Shown here: in pieces, positions 26,100 to 36,210 of the stretch
Position numbering within the stretch: the first letter of the stretch is position 1
Layout of the letters: each line of letters begins with the position of its first letter
Source: Octopus bimaculoides
Lineage: Eukaryota
Direction: 5' to 3'
Assembly: GCF_001194135.2 (NCBI RefSeq)
Contig: NC_068992.1
Span: forward strand, 8,560,751-8,624,750
DNA: 64,000 bases
Notes under the pieces: generated by a model
Told to the model about the DNA's origin: nothing
Databases searched by the model: none
Seen by the model: only the letters and a program-made list of their open reading frames with translations
Made by a program: the position numbers and the translations under genes

Positions 26100-26400
26100 A
26101 TCAAATACTGTCAGACTCCATGTATAACAAACTATGTTGAAAACTGCCATCAACTGAGATTATCCAAACAATTAACAGACAAGAACTCCCTGTGACCTCT
26201 CAAATCTAAAAACAATGAGTAAGTTGGAAAGTTAACTCAAAGAAGACTAGTCGAACACAATTTTTGGAGAATACAGACAATGTAGATTGGAGTGAACCTG
26301 GTCTTTAAAGACAATGAGTGAAAGCAACAGATGTGTTTCGGGCTTATGAGATCTCAACAGCAAAGCGAATTCTACTCAGTTAACAAGGTTTTGATTTATA
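26100..26400 (+). mobile_element. Highly degraded RTE-type ORF2 3' remnant
   Basis: PKQL...ELP-like trace and downstream decayed WE/DR-like segment. Confidence 0.25.
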
Positions 26401-28357
26401 TATATAAATAATGGTACAAGACTGAGTATTACCATTTTGGTTGATAACTGATGAAAAATTAGGGACTCTCTGTGTCTGTCCCCCATCCAGTTGTACACTC
26501 AGTAAATGTATATGTTTTCTTTATGTCGTTTATTTACAAGCTAATGCCTTGTGAGCGAATTTGTTAAACAGAAATTGTGTGGTGGTGCATATCTTTGTTT
26601 TTGTCCCACCTCCATATGACAACTGATATTGGTTTATTTACTTTCCACTAACTTAGCAATTTGGCAAATAAGACCAACAGAATAAGTACCAAACTTTAAG
26701 AATGGTACTGCAATAGATTTATCAAAACCCTTCAAGGTGGTGGCCCAGCATGGCTACAGTCCAATGACTGAAAAAAGATAAAAAAGATATAGAAACAAAG
26801 GGAATATAATTTTCAGTTCGTTATATTACACACATGTGTGCATTTATATATAAGGATATGTACCATATATTTAGTATACTAATACTCCCAAGCTACTTAC
26901 ATCTCAGTCATATTGTTAATATTTGTTATCAGTATCACTACATTCTATCTCCATATTTATATAAATTGATCAGGCTTAGTCTTGCCATCTGGGTAGAATA
27001 TACTTCACTGAGGAGGTCGAACAAGACCGAAACATGTCTGTTTTCACAAGTTAGCTTTCAAGATCAGATCTTCTCCAATGTGCATGTTTATGGTGTTGAA
27101 AAATTATTGCTGTTGTCTCCCTTCTTCTTAAGATATTTTTTTTAAATACTCCCAGACGAGGATTCTTGTCTAGTAATTGCATGGCTAATCACATATATTT
27201 AGCTTTATATGGTTTTACACAATCAGAATTATAATTAAACTAACTTCAGTCAAAATAATTACCAATCAGTGTGCAAACTAAAACAATCGATTATAAAATG
27301 ATAGTAAAAGATTACTGTTTGTCATTCATAAAATATGTAATTTTTATTATATATTTCTAATCTATTTCCAAAATGTGGTTGGGACTTTTTCTCCCTTAAC
27401 GAGTATTTTAAAGAGCTTTGTAGCAATTATTTTGTAGAGGAAGTTAAAGTCAATTATTTTGCCTCTATAAGAGATAAAAGACGATATTACTTATTCATTT
27501 TATTTTATTTTTATTCGTTGGGAGAAATATATATATTTTTAATTGTTATCATTAAATATTTGCTATAACAAAATATGAGTGGGTTTCTTGCGAATATAAT
27601 GATTGATATCTACGAGGCCAAAATTATCAGACAATATTATTTGCGAATTAGGAGAGTGGCATTTTTATGTTCCAGAAAAATAAATAGAAATAAAGTTTCT
27701 CATACCCAAACATCTTTCACAAAATATTTAAAATAATAATAACAAAAACAATTTGGCATTAATTATAAATTATTTCGTTTGTTATTTGTGCTGTTATTTC
27801 TTTACTTAAAGGTAGATAACTTTTGTGAGCTTAAGTCAAAAGTGGGCGTTTCCTTTCCCTGACAAAATCTTCAAAATAAAAATTGTAAAACTATCTTGCT
27901 AAGTAAGCCAAGAGAAGTTTCTCTATAAATAATGGAATAGCTGGTATTTTACAGGCTTACTAATTCATAAATTTGCTCGGTTAAAAGAAAGTTTTTTCCC
28001 CTTTTTTTTTCATGATATAAATTGAACAATTTAAAATAAGCTTTTGGTAGCACAGTATTTGCGTTTTAAAACTCATTCTAACCTAGAAATATACTAAGTA
28101 GAACTAACAAAGCCTTTTGTAATGCTTGACATTAAATATGTTCAAACAAAAACAAAAACAAAAAAAAAAACGAAAAACATAAAACTTCACTAACTTATAA
28201 ATTTTAAGTTGAAAATTTTATAAATATAATGATGTGTTTTGTTCCGAAATATGTTAGCAGATATAAGATACAAAAATGTTTCAATAATTTAATGTCGAAG
28301 AGCACCAAAACATAGTCACTCAGTGGAATTACTATCCATTTTTCATTGGTCAGCATT

Positions 28358-29466
28358 TCAACCAAGCTCTTCTTCAGCTTGGCTGAATTCACTATCGTCT
28401 ATAATAGTGGAAAGACGCAACTCTTTGGCATCAACAGCATTTAACACCTGCATGTTGACCAACCGTTGCTCAATATCACGGGTTAGCTTGCCAGTTGAAT
28501 AATCTGACTGCAATTGTTTTAATTGATCTTTTGTCATACAAATATTCATTACAACTAACGTGTCTCTTCGAAGCGCACTCATAACAAGTGTTCCTCGATC
28601 TTGTTCGAAATATTTTATTAGGTTTGTATAGTGTGAGTTTCCAGCACTATCAAAGAGGACATAAAACCTGTGAGCCTTCTCATCCAAAACCTCTCCGTCG
28701 CCACGCCATTCTTCTGCCAATTCAACTTTCCTAGATATCGATCTCCCTTGCTCCAGTGACATGAACATACCTTGTTTAGCAGGGGAAGGCCCAGGGAACA
28801 TACTGTTTTTGCTTGAGGCAATACTATTCGAATCTCTCCTGTAGCCTTGAATCAAAACGGAATTACCAGAGTGTCGACTTTTTAAAGATTCAGGAGAGGA
28901 ATAATGACTTTCATTCAAGGAATTTTTGTAATGAACAATATCAGTAATATTAGGATTCTCATTTCTGTGACTTTTGCTAGACTTTCTGTTCAGATAATAT
29001 TTGCCATTTAGCGATGCCCTTTCCTCATGCCACTTAATGCGAGTAGATGGAGAGCTGGTCACTACATTGGTATATCGTGAAATGTCTGGAGGAGTAACTT
29101 GCTGTGTCCGATCTCGACGATTTGGAACATTATGCTTCTTTTGTTTGGGGTCTTTTTTACGACGGAATAGGCTTGGGAAGCAGATGCACCAGCATCTCTT
29201 CGGTTTGATGATATCGTCATCATCTTCATGACTGTAAGCATACTCTTTGATGAGATGTGGTTGAATATTTGCTCCCTCCTCAGGCGACTCTAATAATGTC
29301 ATATTCTCATAAGAACAGTGACGTCGTCGACTTGGAGAGAAGCTGATTTCGACACTGTGTGTTCCTGTGCTGCTACTAAGGTCTTCAACACTCACTCTAT
29401 CCAAGAGTTCCATTTTTGGAACAAGTGCCTTAACAGCTTCCACCTGGATGCGTATAGCCACTTGAC
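28358..29466 (-). CDS. Coding exon 3 (terminal): disordered linker plus C-terminal TRADD-N-like domain
   Basis: Longest real ORF in the window. Acceptor ttttcaattctAG|GTCAAG at 29467/29466, phase 1 compatible; stop TGA at 28358-28360. The C-terminus TLVVMNICMTKDQLKQLQSDYSTGKLTRDIEQRLV...ELRLSTIIDDSEFSQAEEEL matches the invertebrate TRADD-like N-terminal domain pattern (strand, L..L..DY.sG.L...., LkT.IdE.ef). Judged by eye, not by HMM. Confidence 0.88.
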
Positions 29467-30745
29467 CTAGAATTGAAAACAAAGATAAATATTACAAATT
29501 TAAAAAAAAATTAATTAATGTCTTCAAAAGCATAATTACATTTAAAACAAGGACATAAAACTGATTTCCAACACATAAAAGTTATTTTATTTTCACAATA
29601 CATATACACACACACACACACACAACATTTATAAATGGGTAGATTTGTGGTTAGATTTCACAACTGATGACCTCACAGAAAAGATGTTGAACCATCAAAA
29701 ATGAGTTGTGTAATATTGCACAGTAGACACATCCAACCTAATGTTGATATTAAATTAAATAGTTGAAAATAAAAACAACCTTTTAGAACTGAATAAGTAA
29801 GAAATATAAATCCCATATATATTACTGCTGTCAAAATAGTGACCATATTAGACTGCAATAGTGACCATATATTTTAGGACTTTCACATTGTATATTAGTA
29901 TATACAACTTTCATATCCACCGAAATAAGTATTGCAGAGAAACAGAAAATATCAATTCTATTTTTTGGTGGATAATTAATATCATTATAGCAATGACCAT
30001 GAAATTTAATTACACAGTCAAATGTTTAATGTTTGTTTCTTATAACTTCATATAATTGCATAATTTCTAAAAAAAGAAATTAAATTCTAGTATTCTGAAC
30101 TGAAAACTTAGTGGCAATTTAGTTTTAGCATATTTAAATAAGCAACAAAGGAAAAAGTCACAGAAAAAGTTCAATAAATGACATTAGATAAAATATTTTA
30201 ATCAATATCTTCAATATTTTTTTTCACTTGCATGTGAAAATATAATCTGTGTACAGGTTATGTATAACCAGTGAGTAAGTGATTTAAGCTAATACTTGTT
30301 TATTTGTATTATTTATTATTTATGATGTATAAATGAAATGTAACATTTTCCCTCTGTCCAAAATTGTGACTTTTTCCCCAGTGTGACTTCATTTCTGTTC
30401 ACTATTCATTCAGGTCAGCGTGTTATTATAAGTTTCAATTTAATTTCGGTCACACAAACTTAGTGACACTAACAGGTTGCATACTAAGCCAGATGTTACA
30501 TCTTAGTTTAATATTCAATAAACAATGATAATCAATAAAAAAAAAAAAATACAGATTTTACATTGTTGTTTATCAATATTATTTTATACAGTTTGGAAAA
30601 ATTGATTTCTTTTATTAACAAAGCTTACAAGTAATGAATTAAAACTAAACCTGACAACTAAAACTTGGCTGTTTAGGTAAAACACCTACCAACTTAATTT
30701 TTTTTTTTATAATGGTAATATGGAATAAACCAATTATGTACTGAC

Positions 30746-31010
30746 AACGACCATGCTCAAAAGGTGTTTTTTATGTGCCACCTGCATGGGAGCCAGTCAG
30801 GCAGCACTAGCAACGACCATGCTCGAACGTTGTTTTTCACATGCCACCAGCACATGTGCCAGTAAGGCGATGCTGGCAACGATCACGCTCGAATGTGCTT
30901 TTTACGTACCACCAGCACAAGAGCCAGTCAGTGGCCTGGCAACAATCATGCTCGGACGGTGCTTTTAACATTCCAGTGGCACAAGTGCCAATCAGGTGGT
31001 ACTGTCATTA
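30746..31010 (+). repeat. Minisatellite, ~4 diverged units of 63-66 nt, related to the family C internal repeat
   Basis: Repeating aacgaccatgctcgaa...gccaccagcac...gccagtca...ggc. The ORF 30753-30968 shows 22/22/21-aa periodicity. Confidence 0.8.
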
Positions 31011-31541
31011 ATCAATTATTGAAGTCCATTTCAACTGTCATTCAGTGGGTCCATTTCATTTTAAAGATGATTTGTGGGAGTTTGAGCTGCTATTTCTAGC
31101 AAGTTGAAAGATCATGTGGTGGCTCATTGGCTTGGGCTGTTTCTGTATAAATCAATGGTGTTACCCAATACTGGTTACTATACATAACATTAAACAATGG
31201 GTTTCATTGTTATAATATCAGGAGAATCAGTGCAGATTTATTAGCAGATAATTTCCAACAGTACTGCCTGATTGGCACTTGTGCCATTGGAACGCCCGGT
31301 CTGGGAATTGAAACCGCGATCCTATGACCGCGAGTCTGCTACCCTAACCACTGGGCCATTGTGCCTCCACTGTGTGTAGATAAACCACATGTAACAACAA
31401 AAGTAGAGCAGAATATCACTGGAAACATGGAAGTAAATGTATTAAATATACTAAACATGTATTAAACTTGCCACAGCTGACAAACAAATCACTGTCAAGG
31501 AACTGAAGAGTTCTGAATGTAAGTGTTCCATGCTCATGTCA

Positions 31542-31579
<38 letters not shown>

Positions 31580-32615
31580 ATGCGTGAAAGGTCTCTGTCA
31601 AGATTCTACACTAGGCTATTTTATTTACAATCAAGAAATCTGATAAACAAGAACCAAGGACATCGTATAGATTAATGATGTCAACAATAAAATGAGCAAT
31701 GAAGGCCATGGAAAAAAGGCACTGTACAGCCTTGATATAATCACCTTCATCAAATAAGTCAGAAAAACAACTGACACCAGCCAGCATGCAATGGATATAT
31801 CATTTTGAGCTGATTTTTTGCTTACAAGCACTGTTAATAGTCAATGTTAGTAGTCAGCCAAAGCAGATAAAAAGACAGTGATTATTTCATGCTGTAAAAG
31901 TCAGTTATTGTTTTGTGGATAACTAACATCATTAAGGGAATGACTATGAAATTTAATTTCGCAGCGAAAGTGTTAAAAATTATAGTTTAGATATATAATA
32001 AAAATGATTCGAATAAAATATTTCTTTTCTCTTGATAAATTTAGACACAACTTTCTAACTTTCTGGCAAGAAATTTAGGACTTTATGTTTTAAAATGAGT
32101 GAATATTGTTTGTAGACAAGTTTAGTTTAAGCAACTAGAATTTGTTTAAATGAAATTGTCATGAAACACAATTCAGTTCAGTAGGGCAAATCTGATATCT
32201 TAATCTAAATAATAATCTCTAATTATTATGACTAAATTAAGATAATTATCTTTGTTTTTTGGTTTTCATAACTTGTATTTGTGTCAAAGTCTGTTTTTTT
32301 AATTAAAAATGTGAACTTGTGTAGTGAAATATAAGAGCATTTCTCTTGATAGACATGAGATCATATTTTGCTAATGTAATGAAAGGCAGAAGTCTGGATT
32401 ATGCACTCAATCTTTACTTTTATTCTTTTTATTATTTACCCCCCTCTCCCTTCTTTAATTTTTATATTTTTAACATTTAAGAATCGGAATCTTTAAGAAT
32501 TATTTTCAAAATTTCTTCTTTTATTTCATGGTTATTTTCAATAGTCAGCTCACAAATGGAAATATTGGACAATTTAACTCCTAGCAGTGTTGTACAATTT
32601 TTCAGACACCTCTCG

Positions 32616-32644
<29 letters not shown>

Positions 32645-32647
<3 letters not shown>

Positions 32648-32880
32648 TATACCTGGATGTTAATCTGAACCTTGTTACTAGCCTATACAGTATGTATTAT
32701 AAACCCAACAATAATTTAAAATATATCAACTTTCATAGTAACCATCCTGAAGCGATCACAAGAACTTTGGTTGATAATATTTTGAGATGGGTTTCTTATT
32801 TATTCTCTAATGAGGAAATCTTTAATAATATTGTTGAATAGACATAATGATGCCCTTAAAAAAAGCAGGGATACTGGAAT
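32645..32880 (+). mobile_element. Penelope-like element RT C-terminal fragment
   Basis: YLDVNLNL...YYKPNNNLKYINFHSNHPEAI...NILRWVSYLFSNEEIFNN...HNDALKKAG matches the PLE FLDV...KP.....YI...SNHP motif. Confidence 0.75.
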
Positions 32881-33747
32881 AGAATTGCATATTGTAATAA
32901 GAATGGGAACTCCAATAAATCTTATTATAGTAATGGAAAATTGGTTGACAATGAAGTGAGTGGATCTAATAGTAGAAATGAATCCAATTGTATATTGGAT
33001 TATACAATTGGATTATATAAAAGTAGTATATATGAATGATCGTATATTTGTATATATATATGTATTTGTATAAATGGCTATATGTTGTTTGTATTTATAT
33101 CTGATGCTATATATATGTCGTTATGCATATGTATGTGTGTGTACAAGTATGTGTATGTATGTCTCTATATTTATATGTATATTTGTTGAACTTTGTTTTA
33201 TAAGTTAAACCATATACTTAATATACTTATATATATATAAATCACAGATTTCAACATGTTACACCTTCATCAGCAGAGACTACATTGTCCAATGTATACT
33301 GCATTTTTTTCAGGTGGAAGAGTGAGTTGTGTGAAGTGCACATGAACTTTAATGGAGAGCCAGTAGCTGACCAGAGATGAAACACAATTGATTCTATGGA
33401 TGAAACATAGCCTTTGGAATAAGGCGTTAGGTATTTACAATACTAAAAATCTGAAAGAAATTCATACAACCATGATGCTAGTCTACTGATAGAGAACAGG
33501 AATAGAGACATTTGCTGAGTAGCAGCATGGCAAGTTTTAACCTTAAACTTCTCTCTCTCTTTCTCTTTCTATGTAATCAATTAATCAATAGAAATCTGTA
33601 AAATACTAATAGCAGGATATTGGAGGGAAAGAAATCTTGGATTATGTGAAACATGCCATGAGTCAGTTGAAGTAGGATATAGAAGATGAAGAAGAAGGAT
33701 AAAGAAGAAGGATAAAGAAGACGAGTGCTTTGAAGTTAGTGGCTTAC

Positions 33748-33774
33748 CTTTATATCGGTCTCTTTGCAAATAAC
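33748..33774 (-). CDS. Coding exon 2: 27-nt symmetric (phase 1-1) microexon encoding GYLQRDRYK
   Basis: Acceptor ttttcacttccttttataattttcAG|G (AG at 33775-33776) and donor AAAG|GTAAGC (GT at 33746-33747). It keeps the frame between exons 1 and 3 with no stop. Confidence 0.75.
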
Positions 33775-34044
33775 CTGAAAATTATAAAAGGAAGTGAAAA
33801 ACGGTTTGATACAACAATTCAGAGAAAATATTCTAACAAGATTTTCTAAGTGCTCAACAATTGTTGTCAATGTTATGACCAGTCAGTGCCTATGGTTAAT
33901 TTCTCAATTGGAAGAAGTTTTACTGGTTGCTTGATCTACAAGAAATAGCAGCTAAATCACTCTCAAATCTCATCTTATCATCTTCAGAAAAGAAAGAGTA
34001 TATTAACTAATGTAATCTTAGATAATCCTTTTGATACCAATCTG

Positions 34045-34404
34045 CCAGGTTCAGTCCCACTGCAAGGCACCTTGGGCAAGTGTCTTCTACTATAGCCTCG
34101 GGCCGACCAAAGCCTTGTGAGTGGATTTGGTAGACGGAAACTGAAAGAAGCCCGTCGTATATATGTATATATATGTGTGTGTGTGTGTGTATGTGTTTGT
34201 GTGTCTGTATGTGTCCCCCTAGCATTGCTTGACAACCGATGCTGATGTGTTTATGTCCCCGTAACTTAGCGGTTCGGCAAAAAAAGACTGATAGAATAAG
34301 TACTAGGCTTACAAAGAATAAGTCCTGGGGTCGATTTGCTCGACTAAAGGCGGTGCTCCAGCATGGCCGCAGTCAAATGACTGAAACAAGTAAAAGAGTA
34401 AAAT
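34045..34404 (+). mobile_element. SINE family B, young 5'-truncated copy inside intron 1 of the CARD gene (antisense)
   Basis: GGTTCAGTCCC B-box, ACCTTGGGCAAGTGTCTTCTACTATAGCCTCGGGCC CORE-like segment, internal (TA)/(TG) microsatellite and GTAAAAGAG tail. CpGs intact. Confidence 0.92.
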
Positions 34405-34434
34405 AAATAAATGTAAGAAAGGTATCCCGTTTAC

Positions 34435-34723
34435 CTGTACCATGGACGGGTTTAATTCTTTTGGTGTAGTCTAGAGAGCTTGCTAAGTCAAGCTGCCCGG
34501 ATTGTCGTAGAGCATTAATAAAGAGGGCCATCGCATTGCTACTGTGAAGGCCCTCCAAGTGCTGCAGCAGAGCTTGGTTCCGCAGAGGCATATCTTTTTC
34601 TTCGTTAATATCATTGTAGGTTTCTTTACTGATGACACCATGCTGGAGCAGGTAATCAAACACTGGCTCAGAGTCAAGGTTTTCTATAAGATCTTCGCGA
34701 TTACTGAGCTTTTCAGCCACCAT
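34435..34723 (-). CDS. Coding exon 1 (CARD, aa 1-96) of a 474-aa CARD / TRADD-N-like death-fold adaptor
   Basis: ATG at 34723 follows an acceptor (AG at 34737-34738, ~90-nt poly-U tract) and two in-frame TGA. Donor ACAG|GTAAAC at 34435/34434, phase 1. The peptide LSNREDLIENLDSEPVFDYLLQHGVIS...LFINALRQSGQLDLASSL matches the six-helix CARD pattern seen in caspase-2/CRADD/APAF1-type CARDs. Confidence 0.88.
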
Positions 34724-34736
34724 AGCCTTTCATCAC

Positions 34737-34782
34737 CTACATTTTAGAAAGAAGAAAAGAAAAAAAAAAACAAAAACAAAAA

Positions 34783-34834
<52 letters not shown>

Positions 34835-34837
34835 AAA
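34737..34837 (-). promoter_or_regulatory. 3' splice site with very long polypyrimidine (poly-U) tract preceding the CARD exon
   Basis: The plus-strand A-rich run 34748-34837 reads as poly-T on the gene strand, followed by ...ctaaaatgtAG|GTGATG. Confidence 0.75.
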
Positions 34838-36013
34838 CATGCGGATAAGATTACTGAATTGTCTGGCATACAAATCAACATAGTATGTCATATAAATATT
34901 GAAATGTCATCATTATCTTCCCAAATCCTGCTGCCTTTGACATGGAATTTTTGGCCCTACCATTTCTGGCTGTAAATTTTGGTTTGAATAATTTGACTTG
35001 GATATCAGAAGAACTAGTATAATTCTTCTGACTATTAATCTCAACTTCAGAAATGGAAAAATGTTCAATACATACATTAACGCTATATTTTTTCTATTGT
35101 AAATTTATTAACAGCTTAGGTGTCATATAGGAATATAAATCACTGGTAATTTATTTTGTGAAGCTCAGAATGATGATTGAGAAAGTTGACTTCAGCAGAG
35201 TTTGAATTCAGAATGTAACGTACCATAAACTAAATACTCTTAGCCAATGCTCTAATGATTCTGCCAATTAGCTGGCAGAATTAGTAGAAGACCTAGCAAA
35301 ATATATTCTGGTATTTGGTTACTTATCTTTATATTCTGAGTTTAAATCTCATCCATGTCCCTTCACCTTTCATTATTTCAAGGTTGAAAGGTACCAGGTT
35401 CAAAGTAATCAGCTGAAACTATTGTGGCAGTAACCCAGCATGGCCACAGTCTAATGACTAAAACCGATAATAGAGGATATGATAGAACTTGACTGGACTC
35501 AAGCTATGATTCTGTATTTCCAAATTAGTTTCAAAATATTTAGTAATTAGTTTAGAAATAAAGATTCCTAGCCTACATCTAGAATGGTACTACATACATA
35601 TGCAAGAATAAGACATCTGATGGCAATCAGACATTAAAGAAACAGACCAAAACATAAAATAGATGTAAATATTGAAAAATATCTAATCTCTGAAGAAGAG
35701 GTTAACTGTCCCAAACATCATAATCTTATTAACTACTAATCAGAGACATCTCCTTGAAAGCTTTTGTAAAAGGGTTTTAATCTAAAATATCAGGAGTAAT
35801 TAGATATTTCTAAATTAACATTTCAGTATCTTTGTCATTGTTATTTTTTATATTTAATGTTCTATCTGTATTGCTTTCTTTGATAACACACTTTCTACAT
35901 ATTCCACAATGTTTCAATCAAACTGCAATACTCTTCAATTTACAACATGTAATATTTTAAAAGAATTAAAAAATGATGGATACTTTTATATTATAAGAAT
36001 GTATGATCTTTGA

Positions 36014-36210
36014 CCCTTTAGCATTCAGATTCCTCTGTCAAATCTAATGCTAATTTACTCACATTATTTTGATTTTATACCTGTCTTGTAGCCTTGAAGT
36101 TTTGATGATGAGACTGTATTTTTAGGGCTAGCATGAGAGGCCAGATCAGGCCAGTTTGAACAAAAAACAGAACATTTGGGCTGGATATGGCCAGTTTAAA
36201 TGCTAAAGGG
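36014..36210. mobile_element. piggyBac-type MITE, second family
   Basis: 12-bp TIRs CCCTTTAGCATT / AATGCTAAAGGG with degenerate TTAA TSDs (TTGA/TTAG). Partial copies near 50420-50480 and 59490-59590. Confidence 0.8.

Noticed and set aside
27500-28357. AUUUA elements and a polyA site in the CARD gene 3'UTR
   Set aside because: The pentamer count is not clearly above expectation for such AT-rich DNA, and several AATAAA/ATTAAA candidates cannot be ranked.
29270-29295. SPEE (and C-terminal AEEE) as TRAF2-binding motifs
   Set aside because: A four-residue [PSAT]x[QE]E match is too frequent by chance to report without conservation data.
28358-29482. 374-aa ORF as a stand-alone gene starting MFSIL
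   Set aside because: The TTG 'start' and FSIL are intronic polypyrimidine sequence. The true boundary is the acceptor at 29467/29466.
30746-31010. CRISPR-like periodic array
   Set aside because: Whole units are diverged copies of each other with no unique spacers, there are no cas genes, and the context is eukaryotic.
34373-34434. C-terminal tail KRDTFLTFIYFTLLLVSVI of the 116-aa ORF as a membrane anchor
   Set aside because: It reads through the donor into intron and SINE tail. It would be real only under intron retention, for which I have no evidence.
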